Positions 14,201-28,981 of a DNA stretch of 64,000 bases are shown piece after piece (position 1 is the first letter of the stretch; each line of letters begins with the position of its first letter). The position numbers were made by a program, and so were the translations under genes. Source of the stretch: Camelus ferus (taxonomy: Eukaryota); the NCBI RefSeq assembly GCF_009834535.1, contig NC_045697.1:72604001-72668000 (forward strand), given 5' to 3'. The notes beneath the pieces were generated by a model. It was not told where the DNA came from. It worked only from the letters and a program-made list of their open reading frames with translations, and did not search any database.

Positions 14201-17200
14201 TGCCACCATCACCCAGGTTCTTAATGCTGTCTGGCAAGACTCCTCTTTCCTCTTATTGGTTTTCTTTTCCATTCCCTATAAAGGCTACACTATTTTATAC
14301 TCTTAGCATGTCTATGAACTCATGTTTCCACCATCTCCTGCCATCACAGTAGAAAAAATAGCCTTGTATTTCACAAAGAAAATATAAGCCTAGGCTTACA
14401 AAAGCCTTGCACATTACTTGCACGGAAGCCTGTCCTCTCCTCTGTCCTTGTTATAATGAAGAGGCATTTCTCCTTCTGTCTAAGGCCAGACCCTACTATT
14501 GTATTCAAGATCCCATCCCTTTGGGCTATTGCAACCCACTGCAAGGTGGCTTTCACCACCAACACATAACTAAAGATAGTTTGCAGATGAGCTTCTTGTT
14601 TCAAAATCTGAACACTTTTGTCTGTGTGTATCTTATTTAACTTCTCAGCAGAGTGTGACACTGCTGACTGCTACCTCTCTGAAATATTCTCTTTCCTTAG
14701 TTACCACATTTACCTGGTTTCCTTCTAAACTTGAGCTAAATGTGGGCTCCTTTAGGGATTCTCCTTTCCTGCCTTCACCTAAAAAGTTGTTGCTTCTTGG
14801 GGTTTTGTGTTTGACCCTCCGTTCTTTCCATTCTCAACATGCGCCCAGAGCAAGCTCATCCATTCCCAGGATTTTACACTGGATCTGCCATAGTTAATGC
14901 CCAAACTGATATCTCCACTTCAGACCTTTCACATTTTCAACTGCCTGACACCTTAAACTGGAGATGTCCTGAATCACACACTGAGCAGCACCACTGCTCT
15001 TCATTCAGTGTTCCTCAGCTCAGTGAATGCACTACCAGCTACCCAGCAAACCTAGTAACACTTGCAAGTCATTCTGGATTACCTCCTCCCCCCTTTCCCT
15101 GCCCCTGCACCTAAACAATCACAGAGTCCTGTTGAGACTAGCTCCCAAATAGCTCTCCAGTTTATCCAATCTTTTCCACCTCCAAGAGCCACAATCATTG
15201 TAGCGGCCCAATCAATCTGATGCACACAGCAGCCACACCTTTCTAAAATGCAATTCTAATTATGTTCCATACAAGGCTTTTCCTTGTCCTTAGCATAATG
15301 CAATGTTCAAATCCTTCGACATGGTTTAAAATGTCCCTGCCACCAGGAAGTCCAAGAAATATACTGTTTTTTTCACAACCTTAAGCATTGTACATGTAGA
15401 TGTCTTCCTAAAACACTATTCCCTACACCTTCCATTGGGATATTTCCCACTCATCACTCAGTCAACGAATAGATCTTCAGTGTCTTCTATATACTTATTA
15501 TGGTGAACCGAACATAATGTCTATTAATGATAATCTTAATAGCATACATTCATTGAGGATTTGCTGAGTAGGAAGTGTAATATTTGTAGCATATACTATA
15601 TGTTACTTCACTTAATTCTCACAACAATCCTAAGAAGTGGGGATCAAGCTATATATCACAGATAAGGAAACTGCAGTAAAGTATATTAGAAATTGCCTAA
15701 GGTCAAGTGTTAGGAAATGACAGAAGTGGGATTCAAGCTCAGGCAGTTCAACTCCAGAGGCTATCCTCTTAAAAAAATATGTCAGATAAATAAATCCTGA
15801 CTCTAGTAAAAACAAAAACATACAAACTGGAAGCCAGAATTTTGATCACTATGTTGATTTATCTTCTAGATCAATTTCTTGATATTAATATTTCTGTTTC
15901 TTTAAGTAGAAAATATTCCCACATACTCTAGACAACTGTGGCTTCCAATCACCTAATTAATTTCATTAGAATTTCTCAAGAAGCATATTGCGAAAAGATT
16001 CCTTGACTATACTCTAGACTCTAAACTACAAAAGACTCCAAATAGCCAAAACAATCTTGAAAAAGAGTGAAAAATCAAAAAAAAGTATGAAAAATCATAC
16101 TTCCTGATTTCAGACCATATTACAAAGCTATAGTAATCAGAACAGTATGTACGGTATTGCCAAAAAAACCCCCAAAACCAAAAACAACAACAAAAAAACC
16201 CAACCAACCAAACAAAAAAAAAAAACCCAGACACATAGACCAATGGAGAGGAATAGAGAGCCCAGATATAAACCCCACACATATATCATCAGTTACTTTA
16301 CAACAAAGGAGACAGGAATATACAATGGGGAAAGGACAGTTTCTTCAGTAAATGATGTTGGAAAAGTTGGATAGCCATACACAAAAGAATAAAACTAGAC
16401 CATTATCTTATACCATACACAAAAGCCAACTCAATCTGGATTAAAGACCTGAATGTTAACACTCGAAACCATAAAACTCCTAGAAGAAAACATAAGACGG
16501 TAAGCTTGAATCCTTGAATTAGGATCTCTACAGTAGGGATTGGTATTTTTAATGAAACTCTTCTCTTAGATGTTTTGTTGCTATGCAGGCAAATGAACAA
16601 AAAGTTCTGGGTTTCTTGAATATACTGTATCAAAGGATAAGAAATGCATAACTATATAATAAACATAAAGGAATATCTGTTCTATTCTCTGTACACTAAG
16701 TTTAAGCTGTCATCTTTAAAATCTTACCTTTAATTCCTGTTGTGATGTGAGGGAAGAAGAGGTCACCAGCATCCGTGTTAAGTTTTGAATTTTCTCAATC
16801 TGCACTTTTTGAAGTAGATCTTTTTCTTCCAAAAGCTGGGCCAATTGGTCTTTTTCCATTGCCTGGGCCCTTGTCTCTAAAGAAACCTACAGAATATATT
16901 GGGTTATGTTAATAATAAATGTAGCTAGGCTTTAAAACCTTGAAAGTAGGTTAAAAGAACAGAATAGAAATTTGTATGTGAACTGAATTTTAATTTCGTT
17001 GAAATAAAATATATCCTATGTGCAGAACACCTATATGCAGTTACCACAATCAGTAATTTCTCAAACTAAAAATAAAATATACATTTCTTTTCATGTCACT
17101 ATTCTATGTGCCATGTATAAGATTATAACAATGCTGTTAAAGCAACACTAGTAATAGCTCCAAAATATATCAATAGTAGGCAGAGAAGTCATCAAAGCAG

Positions 17201-20200
17201 AGACTTGAATACCTATAGCAAAGGAAGAGATTTTGTCTTAAGACTCCCATTTGATATTTTAGCTCATTTTTAAAAAGATCACTAAAATGCAAGATTTATA
17301 CAAAATAGGGGACCGTAGTGGTTAAAACAAATTATAATGAAAGTGATTATGCTATCTATTAGATTGCTATCTCAGGGTTAGAAGAGGAATTCAAGATAAC
17401 GTGAAACTATAGAAAGTAGTTTTAAGTAACTATACACGGTCTCTCTTTTTTAACCTATTCCCTATGTATTTTTCCCCCTATGTATTTGTGACAATTCAAA
17501 AAAACTATCTCTACTTGGCCCGTTTGAAAAATCTCAAATTTTGCCCTTTGAAGACGAACAACAAAATCTAAAATAATTCCAAGAAACCAAATCTTTCAGT
17601 TTATAGTAAATTAAACTAAAATTTTTATCAGTTGATTTCTTCTTAGTTGAAAACTATTTGTTTTAAATTTAGGTCGCAGAACTCAAGTATGGATGACTAA
17701 AAAGTCTCTGGGCTAAATTTAGGCAGATCTCAAGTCTAAATCTGTCCCATGGTTCACACATACCTCCTCTAACTGCTTTTTAAGATCCATGATTTCTTTT
17801 CTGTATCTTTTCAGGAGAGCTTCATCACTTGATACCTCATTAACATAAGGAGTATTCTTCATATATTTAGCAGTGCTGGCAAACTGGGAAAAAATACAAG
17901 TGTTACATGCTCAAAACATACAAAAATTAATTAAATTAATAATATTTGGGTTTCTTGTAATTAAATTTTATAAAGAAAAATCAGCACTCTTCCCAAGTGG
18001 CTTAATACTTTTTAATACAGAGAGCATTCTGTGTCTCTGTAACCATGCCTATAATGCTGTAGTCAAAAGCCTCTCTCCTTTCTTTGAACTCTGTCCCACT
18101 TATTAGCCACTTAAGTATCAATCCAAGGCAATCATGTTGGAAGACAGGTCTTACCTTCCCTAAAGTACTATATATTCTGTGGAGCCAGGGACTGTATTTC
18201 TATCTTTGTTTCTCTGACGGTACCCTGATTCGTGCTCAATAGCTATTCTAAGCAATGTTGCTTAGAGTGTGAGTATCAGAAGTGATTTTAAGTGGGTACA
18301 TGAAAGTGACCTTTATATATATTGAATCCTTCACTGAAACAGCTATTCTATTGACAATTCATATATCCCCTTCCCTTTTTTTAAAACAGAAAATGCAGGC
18401 CGTAGCTCAGTGCAAAGGCAGACAACAATTCACTAGTAGGAGTTTAAGAATTATTTTGTTATGAACACTCATGTTTTTGGGGTCCCCAATTTGTTGCAGG
18501 TGATACTAGTTTTTCATTTATGGGACTGATATAAAGTGTCCTTTCATAATCAGCTAAGTGAAAAGGTGAGTTTTAAAAGAAGGATGCCAAGTCAATTTCA
18601 GTAAAATAGTGTTGGATGTGGCAAGAATTGTGGAGGTGGGATATAAATGATTGAGTTTTGGGAAAATTAAGGAATGTTATCTAGTAGACAACACATCAAT
18701 TTTGTTTTAATAGATATGCTATGCCAATTTAAAAACTATATATACTTATTTTTAATAGATTTTCTTTTTCTTCTTAAAGATGATTTACCCCCATATTAAG
18801 TTGAGATAAAAATCAAACTTACCTGGAGAGTAGTAAGGGTTTCATCAAAAGACACTGGAGTAATTGTGCATATAATACGTGTTTTTGCATTTCCTCCCAA
18901 AGAATTCTGGAGAATTCGTGTTAATTTGCTATCTCGATAATTTATGAAACCGCTGAGTGAGAAATGAGTTTGGGAAGAAAAAGAGTAAGAATTTTTATGT
19001 AACAAAATACTTTTTAAAGTAGAACCTTAAAATAGCTACAGTTATAAAAATTAATTCTTTACAGGTTACATGAGGCAGATCAAAACTACTAACTGAAAAA
19101 TATTTAAAATATAAAGTACATTTAGTAGGACACAATCATCTGTATAAAAAGCCATGTATGCTCACAGAATCACGAAGCTTTTGAAGATATAAAAGAAATA
19201 AGTACATTTATTTGAGTGTCACTAAAATATGTTTTTGACCAAATGAAAACATAACCATTAATAGGTAAATATAGAGTGCGATAAACTTACCCAACTTGTC
19301 CATCACTAAGTTTCTTGATCACTTGTCCCAAAATAAATAAGCTTCGATTTATATTACAGCCTTCCTTGAGACGCAAACCTGCATTTATTAAACAAATATA
19401 AAAACTAAAATCGACGCCTGTATTGGATGATGAACTTATTTATCAGTAAATTATGAGCGAAAGTAGAAATTAAAGGGTCCGATGCTAAAGTCTATGCTTT
19501 GGACTAGATCTGAGTCCACCTTTAATACCACTGGTAGAGGAGCTCTCTCCTTATTCTTCCCACCTACTGGGTGAATCAGAAAAGTTATCACCCAGGAGAA
19601 ACAGAAAACTGAAAAAGATGACTATGAAATGAATGACAGGGAAGAAATGCCCATTTCCTAAAAAAGACCCTCTAATTTTTCTGTTCAAATTTATTTTTTC
19701 AAACCTCCAAATATAGGTAACTATAGACTTATAACCAAAATAGTTCCTATAGGCTCACAACCAAAAAAGTTCTCATTTTTAAATTATTAATATGCTCACA
19801 TGACTCTAACATTAAAAAAAAAACCAGCTCTGAAAAAGCTCTCTCCCACTTTTATGCCCCATTCAACCAGTTCCTGTCCTCTCTACTAGGAAACCACATT
19901 TATTATTTATTCTTCTAGAGAGTTTTAGAAATACAAGTTCATATATATTCATTCTCTCCTTTCTTTTTTAGACAAATAGTAGCACACTATTTCACACTTC
20001 ACTATTTTTACTTGGCAGTATATTACATTTCATATCAATAAACACTGGTCTTTTTCATTCTTTTTTATATCATAGAATTTCATTGTATGGCTATATCAGA
20101 ATTTACTTACCCAGCATCCTGTTGCAGGATACATAGGTGTTCGATCTACCATGTATACAAAACATACTGCAGCAAATAACTTTGAACAGCTGTTATTTCA

Positions 20201-23200
20201 CAGGGACACTATTCATCTATTGCTGTAACAATGCTGCTTAACAAGACAGTTTAAAACAATAAGCATTTATTTCCCATTCATAGGTCTGAAGATCCACTGG
20301 TTTAGTGGATATCAACCACACTCAGCTTTGTGTCAAGCTGCAAGAGAGGCTTGACACTTTATGATTTTGTACCTTCCCATCTATGATTTTGTACCTTCCT
20401 ATCTAAGTATGTTTTTCCGTTTGTTTAAGGATTTGCTTACATCCTTCAGGTATGTTTTGAAGTTTTCTTTATTTTGATCTTGTGCGATTTTTGTCAAGCT
20501 TTTTCCTAGGTATTATATTTCTTAAGCCATTATTGTAAACTGAGCCTTTTTACTAAATATTCTAACTGGTTGTTTGTATTATAAGAATTATTCATGTCTG
20601 TATATTAATTTTGTACCCCATTATTGTTCTGAATTTTCTTAATGATAATGAAGAATTAGATGGTTGTCATGGTATCCTCATGAGTTTCCAGCTATGCAAT
20701 CCCAACAAATGTATAGTTTTAGTTTGTTAATTGATGCTGTAGTAGCCTAAATTAGATAATTAGCCAGATGCAAAAGCTGTTTCCTACACTAAGGACTTTT
20801 ATCACAAAATTATTATCATTACTTTATCAGTTTCTAAAATGCACAGTAGCACATTTATTCTGTGAAGGAACAGGAAGACACTCAGACTGATATATTGCAT
20901 GAGTTTTCATTACCTTCAGCGCCTGTTTGAGCAGCTCTTTCACTGCCTGCAAGATCAACCAAATTCTGTAAGACAGTTGAAAATAAACCTTTAGGAAGGG
21001 TACTTGAGATAAAAACCGAACTACTGATAGAACATTTTAAACACATAGTTCATCTTCACCCCACTGCTGAAGCCTTCCTGTGTCAAACTGACCTCTAAAC
21101 CTTTTTCTCCCTTGTAACATACTCTCCATAATGCTGCCAGAATAGGATCTCTATTTCCAACACAGAGTTCAAAACCTTATCCTGGTGAATGTGATTCCGG
21201 CACTTGTGCTGCTCCCGCCTTGTATCTACTCATTGACAGAGACAAACTGCTCACTACATCCTGAACACCTCATGTGCTGCTTCACTGCCAAGCGCTACCT
21301 TTTTCCATTTCTCTTTGTTACTTCTAATGCTCTAGTCTGCCCCTAGTCTTTACTCAGGACCAAAAGCAAATGACCCGCTCAACGTAGCTTTGCTGACTTT
21401 GCCCTTGTTCCTCCCGCACCTTGAATAAATTGCTCTTTCGACTGTGTACCCAGAGGTCATTAGATGACTTATTACAGCACTTACTGTGTGAAGCTAGTCA
21501 TTTGTTCTGACTACATGGTAACATCTTTAAAAGCGTGGACCTCTCTTTCACTTCACAAATACTGTTGAAAAAGTGACTGCCTGTCATGTTCCAGGCAGTA
21601 TGTTAGGTGTTAGGAATACAGGAGTGAACCTGACAAATAAGGTCCCTGCCCTCAGAGAGCTTATATTCTACACGGAGTGGGATAAGGAGAGGAGGAAGTT
21701 GGTGAGAGGAGGAAAAAAAGACAAACAGATAAGAAACACATCATGGTAAGTAAACAGAGATGATTTAAATAGAGTCCTGGAAGGGGGAAGAAGGGACAGT
21801 ATAGGTTCTTTGGATTGGGTGTCAGGGGAAGGGCTCCCATTATGCTAAGATCTGGAATGTCAGAGAGGATGGAGCCAGCCCTGCAAGACCAAGGGAAACA
21901 TATTCTCAATTAAAAGAACAGCCAGTACACCCACTCACAAAGGAGAGATGAGCTTGGTGTGTTCATAAAATAGAAAGGGCAGCATGGCAGAGTTGGTGAA
22001 GTGGAGATGGACAACAGAGGGTAAGAGAATTAGGTAGGTGTCAGATTATGCAGGGCTTTGTAAGCAAGGGTAAGAACTCTGGATTTTATAAATGCAGTAG
22101 GGAGCCAGGAGAGGGCTTTAAGCAAAAGACTGACATATCTTGATTTAACTTTCTGAAGGATCAACTGTGGCCCCTGGGTGGAGAACAAACTGGAGAGGAG
22201 CAAGAGTGACAGCAGGGAGCCCAGGAAGGAGGCTGGTGCAGGAACCTAAGTGAGAGATGATGGTGGCTTGGGCTAGGAGGCTGTAGTGGAGACAGTAAGT
22301 AATAGAGGGATGTCTTCTTTATTATTTTAATCTGAAAGCCCAGGACTGTGTTCAACATTTGGTTAAGTCTCAGCAAATATTCTTAATGCATTAAAAGAAA
22401 GTCAGAGACTTAAATTACTTCTCTCTGTGGAGACACCGAGGCATGGGCAGGTAATCATGTACTCCTGCTTTACAGTCCTATCTCAGATACTGCTTTCTCT
22501 AAAATACTCAAAGTCTAATCTTCGTTATATAGTATCTACTACAAAAGACCCAGATACATAATAAAAGGGCAAAGTGGTGATGAAGGCAGCATGAATTAAG
22601 GAACAAGCATTAGTGCTCCATCCAAGGCCCTAAGAAGCTCAATCTACCTGTAAGAGAGGAACTCAGGATGGAACAGAAGAAAGGGAAGATCGGTTAACAG
22701 TGGCCAGATCTTGTCCAGGGAGGTGCCACAACAAAAGCAGTGCTTGGTAACATTAGAAATCTGCATAACAGGCTGAAGAAGGAAAGACTAGTCCTGGAGA
22801 CTAGGCTCAGGAGAAGGATAGAGTAATTCAAGACAGATGAGGACCTAAGTGAATATGACACCCATAGGAATAATGAAAAGTGGAATCAGTACAAAATGGT
22901 GGTGACTGGACAAAAGGGAAGGCAGGAACAAAATGAGTCAAAATTGACTTGGGTTTCCAGCCTCGGTGACCAGGATTATGCTGGTGCTACTGAAAAAAAG
23001 AATATTCACTATGATAGGAAGAAATTAATTTGGTTTTAGACCCACTGAAGTTGGAGATAACAGTGGGTCAATCTTTAGGAAGACCTGAATTAGAACTCAG
23101 AGACTTCAGAAATAGTAAGTATTTGGCCACCATCAACACAGAAATGATAGCAATGTCTGACGGCAAACATGGGAAAAAGGCCACAGAACACTCTTGTGTC

Positions 23201-24977
23201 TTGGTTAGGAGGGTAGGAGGAAAGAAGCCACAAAAGGGAATAGAGAAGGAGCAGAGCTAAGAGCACCTGGATGTTATTATCCCAGAAAGAACAGAAGACA
23301 CTCAAAGACCACCTCCAAAGAGTCAGAAAATGACTCTTTGGGGAAGATTTCTTTCCAAGAAGATACTTAGAGTAAGTAGGGAAGCTGGAGGGGTTGGACC
23401 AGATGGTATTTATGGTCCTTAGATGATAGAGCATCAAAGAATATGAGAAAAGACACCAAACAGATCACTGAGTACATCAAGAATATTAAAGCTAAATTAT
23501 TAAGAGAGAAGTCAAAATTGTAGTGATATAACACAGGCTAGGTTTGGAAAACAAAACAGAAGTTAATTTTTATATTTTTGTTGTTGTTAAATTAAAGCAA
23601 GACTAGTCTACTAAAAGAAATGTTATACTTGTATAGTAAAATAAAGGAGGTAAACTGGAACTAGTCATTTAATTAAGACCGATTTTTCAAAATCTGAAAG
23701 TAAATAAACATATTATAGATTTATTGCCTTTTCCCCTTAAGTTTTCAAATCAAATAGAGTAATCTTAAATCATAAATCAAATAGAGTAATCTTAAATCAT
23801 ATCCCACAACAAAAAAAGAGAAATGATATGGTGCAGCAAGAAGGAACTGGGAGGTTTACTTATGTGGAAAAAAGGAATGTGTGCATAATGCTATATTCAC
23901 TTACTCAACAAAAGGGTATTGAATATAAACTATGTACAATGTGTTAGGGCTACAAAGATGAAGGAGATATCACTCTTCCCTTCAAGGGATTTACAGTTTA
24001 AAACAGTGCTTATAACATAAAACTAATTTTCTTATCATACTTAAGAATGAACTTGAATAATGTGATTTATTTTTTTAACCATCTCACCCAGATTTTTGCT
24101 CATTTCACAAGTCTCAGTTCTATTGGTTGAGACCAAAAAACCCTCTTAAAACCCCCAACATACAAACAAACACACAAAAATCACCCCAAATTCTAAGATT
24201 AACTCTTTAATGTGCATGGAACCAACACTTCCTTCACTACTGGTTAGGAAAAGCCTCAACTCCTACAGTTCATACATCTCAAGTTGAGGAGACGGCAGCC
24301 ATAATGTAACAGGAAGTAAGATCCTCTGAACTCTTCCTACATTTCAGCTAGTAATTTCATGCTACTGACGAGATGAAACTACTAATTTATAGATGCTTTT
24401 GCCAATTAGTTAACAGTTCATATGAAACCAAACATCCAGAAGCTAAATAAATTTTGCTTTGGCCCGTATACGACATTATCATGGTTCCTTAATACTCACC
24501 AAATGGGACACCTTGACAGATCCTTCAAAATTAGAAGGTTCACCTTTCTCTCTACTTTCCAAAATCTAGAAAGAAAAGGCAACTTGTAGAAAAATTAGTG
24601 CATTCTTAATTGGAAAGACCAAATATAGAGAGAATTACCTACCATCCTAAAAATGGTATGAGAACGACTACTTCTTTGATTCATCTTTGTAATTCCATAA
24701 TGCCTGTTCTCTGTAAAACAAATTCATACTTCAGCTGCATGTATTAAAATCCAAAGAAAAACACTATTATTTTACCTTAAAAGTGAAAAGGGTGGTTTAA
24801 AGCCTAAATACATTCAGTTAAATAGTTTTTACAAGTGTTTTGAAGAAATATAGTATGAGGGGAGTGGGTAGCTCAGTGATAGAGTGTATGCCCAGCATGC
24901 ATAAGGTTGTGCATTCAATCCCCAGTACCTCCATCAAAAAATAAAGTAAACCTAATTACCACCAGCCCAAAAATTGA

Positions 24978-25013
<36 letters not shown>

Positions 25014-28000
25014 AATATAAAGTCTTACTTTCTCCCTTTGTGATCCACTTCAAAGCCATTTCAGATGTATAAACAACTTCTTCTGTGAGATCGGCCACAT
25101 ACACATTCCTCTGAAACAAGTTAAATTATGGGAAAAGTAGAGAAATTAGAGAAGTCATTTAGAAGTTTGCATTTCAAAAAGAAAGTGCAAACTATGACAA
25201 TTCATTTACGGAAGTTAAGAGTGGAAAATGGGGATTATTACTCTGTATGAAAATAACAAGTTAATCTATGATATTTACAATTTATTTCCTATACTAAAGC
25301 ACACCAAATTCTAACCTGATACTTCTACCTTGCTCTTCTTAGGCACTTACACCAAAATATTACAGTTGTCAATATTTAAAAACTGTACATGTTACTTAAA
25401 AGATGATCTCTATAAATGTTTAAGAAAATAGAAAATAAACCATATTAACAGGAGACACTCTAAAATATATAGAAATTAAAAGCAAATATTAAAGATAATA
25501 ATCCCCATCAGTAAGTCTATTTTATGAACCACTCTATTTCTGTTACTCACATTGAAATCTTCCCGAATTATTAAAGGCTTCATTTTTTGAGTGTCACAGA
25601 GTAAGTCTGTAATCGTTTCATTGTATATCTCCATGTAAGACACACGTAAGAGAAATTCCCTATCAGGAAACTAGAAGAAAAAAATATGTGAATACATCAG
25701 AGATCATCCAATTATGAAAATCTAATACTGAATGCTTATGTGCTAATATTAGATATTAAAATATTCTTTGAGAAATTATGTTTTTAAAATTTTATTTATT
25801 TTTTAAATTGATGCATAGTTGACTTATCCCACCATGTTAATTCCTAGTATATAACGTAGTGATTCAATATTTCTAAACCTTTCAAAACCATGTTAAAGCT
25901 AGTTACCATCTGTCACCAAAGATGTTACACTATTATTGACTATATTCCCTATGCTACATACTTCATCCCTGTGACTCATTTATTTCCTAACTGTTTGTCC
26001 CCCTGAATCTCCTTCACCTATTTCTCTCATTACCCCTAGTCTCCTTCCCCTCTGACAACCACCTGTTTGTTTTCTGTATTTATGAATCAGTCTGTTTTGT
26101 TCATTTTTGTTTTTGAGGTTCCACATATAAGTGAAGTCATGTGGTATATTTATCTTTCAAAAAATTATCTTTGTAGAACAAATAAAAATAAAACAAAAAA
26201 CACCCCCTGTGGTTCTATACTGGTGTTAAACAACAACAACAAAAAGACTGTTTCAGAAATAATGAAAAGTATAGTATCAAAAAATCAGAAGAGGAGAGCA
26301 GGCCGTCCAACTCTCCAACCTCAAAATAAAACTCTACCTACATATATTCAACTAAGAACATTACAAATCATCAAAATAACGATGAAAAAACTAAGTTAAA
26401 ACCAACGTTTAATTAATTAGGTCACTTATTCTGGCCTTCTGCTTCCCTCATCTTGTATCTAGTCTGCTTTTTACTGCTCCCTAATAATCACTAAGCAAAG
26501 GCAATGAGGACCTAACCATTCTGATAAGATTTTCTTGTTCCTTAAAGCCTACTTTTTTGTGGGAGTATTGTTTCAGGATTCAAAGAAAAGAATGAAAGAA
26601 TTTTAAGCTTGTAAGTAAGTTTCTGGGAAAAAAATGAATCTATGCTATGCCTTCCTTCTTTCCTCATGGATAATCAAAAGATAACTATAAATCTACTTCC
26701 TTTCATCTTTACAAGAGAATACTAAGGTTGCTATCCTATTATTGCTACTTTTACCTGCATGTACCAGAACTTTAGCTAAGTTATTTACCTTCTTAATTTT
26801 TTGGAAAATGTCATGAATCGCCCTGGGTATTACTCCTAAGTAATCTTGTGAACCCATCATCGTGTATGTTTTTCCTGAAGCAGTCTGCCCGTAGGCAAAT
26901 ATGGTACCTGCAAAACCAAAATGCACACATGCAAAGGTTAAAAATGAATCTATAGTGTATGAAACTATCAATCTTTGCTGAACAGACACCCAAAACTGAA
27001 ATGTTTCTGCAGTGAATACACACCATTGTAGCCTTGTATGGCAGAATCTATGATTGGTACTGCTATTTCTTCATACACATTTTTAGTGGTTTCATTACTG
27101 TGAAAGACACGATCTAAAAAAAAATTACATATAAGTTAAACCAAAAAAATTAACTGCATCTTCATTCTGAATTAGCAGTTGCTAAAATAAAATTGCCAGG
27201 GTATAGTAGTTTAAAATATTTAAGACACAGTGTTTTCTTCAACTTACTGATCTTCTGAAAATACTCTTCTCTTTAAGGTAAAATGTATTGATCCTTATGC
27301 AGAAAAAAATACAAGCCCGCTATCCTATGTACTTTCAAGAGGTAGTGGAGCATTGTGGCTCATATGGGGGTCTGGAATCAGATAGTCTGCAAATCCTGGT
27401 TCTGCCACTTACAAGTTGTGTGACTTTGGCCAAAGAGGTTGATGTGTCTGTGCCTCAATGACTTAATCTGTAAAATGGATATGTATTATCTTCCTCACAG
27501 AATTATTGTGAACATATGGTTAATACCTAGGAAATGTGAACTGTTAGGATTCTTTGAGAAATTTTAATGCTTCTAACATACCTAGCAAGAATGCCTAACT
27601 CAAACTAAACCAAGAAATGCAGACATCTGGAAGAAAAGTATGACCAAAGCTGAAGCATTATAGAGAATGACCAGATAGCTGGCTGCTGAAGGCTGGGTTT
27701 AGGGTAGCATTTACCCTGATGAATTCACTAGTCCAGGATGTGGTTCTCTGCTTGTTAGCACATTAAAAATAGACCACTCTTTCAGTGGTGGCTTCACATT
27801 AAAAAGCTCACAAGAAGTGGATTTGTAAATTAGGAGGGAAATGTATTGACTTGAGATGAGAAATTCCGTGATCACCTTGTTTGCACCACAATCACATATC
27901 TGTCCTGTTGGCAGAATGATATGGAAAACCAAAGTGCCATCTGAAGGCTGCTTAGGGGTCATGATTTCAGAGCAAGGAGAAATGGTAGGATGATTCAAAT

Positions 28001-28920
28001 CTTAATGTTACCTGCTTTAGATAGGTGGATGAGTCCAAATCCTTTGTGGGCATACATGACTACTGAGAATCTGTGGTACCTGAGTTGGCTTAAGTATCTA
28101 GGTGTTATCATCTCTGGCACATTACCGTTTAAAAATTATGTTACTACCGTCAAACATTCCTTTACCAGGAGTCATTTTTTCTTCTACACATCTTTGGGCT
28201 TTTTAGTTTAACACAAATTTGACAGCCTAATCACTGTTATTTCCAGGGTTGTTGAGAGGATGACACTGTTGCTCTACAGTGGGAGTAAGTGGGAGCACGG
28301 TAGTGTGGCTGGAACATAGATCTGGAGCCTGACTTTTCCATTTGCTGGCTGTGTGACTCCAGGCCTTTCTGCTTCAGTTCCTCGTTAAAACGGGAAGGTA
28401 CCTAACACACAGGCTTGTTAGGAGGATTTCATGAGTTAATATACAAGAAGTGCTTAGAACAGTGTCTGGCACATTGTCAGTACAATATACATGTTAAATT
28501 AATGCCACAAATCAGCCTAATTAACCTTTAGGGTCTCCAAGTCCCTTTTAGTCACAAGCTAGCTCTCACTCACCCTGCAGGTCCCAGTGTAAGTGGTACC
28601 ATTTCAGATACCTAGATTAGTTAGATCTCCACTATAAACTCCCACAAAGCTTATGTCATCATAAGTGTAAGTGTACTTCACATCATAAGTTTACTTGTTT
28701 AAAGCCTTTCTCTCCACCATATGATTAGCTCCACAAAAGCAGGGGTAGGTCTCTGCTCTCTTCTAGCAAACAAACAAGGAATAGCTTCACTATTTATTCT
28801 TTAAAGTTTTCTGAAAAATAACTGAAAAAAAAAAAAACCAAACTAGGGGGTGGGTACAGCTTGGTGGTAGAGCATATGCTTAGCATGTATGAGGTCCTGG
28901 GTTCAATCCCTAGCATCTCT

Positions 28921-28981
<61 letters not shown>

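Noticed and set aside
24858..24935. tRNA genes (also ~10105-10185 and 28846-28920)
   Set aside because: The tRNA-like heads have A-rich tails, TSDs and degenerate stems, so they are SINEs.
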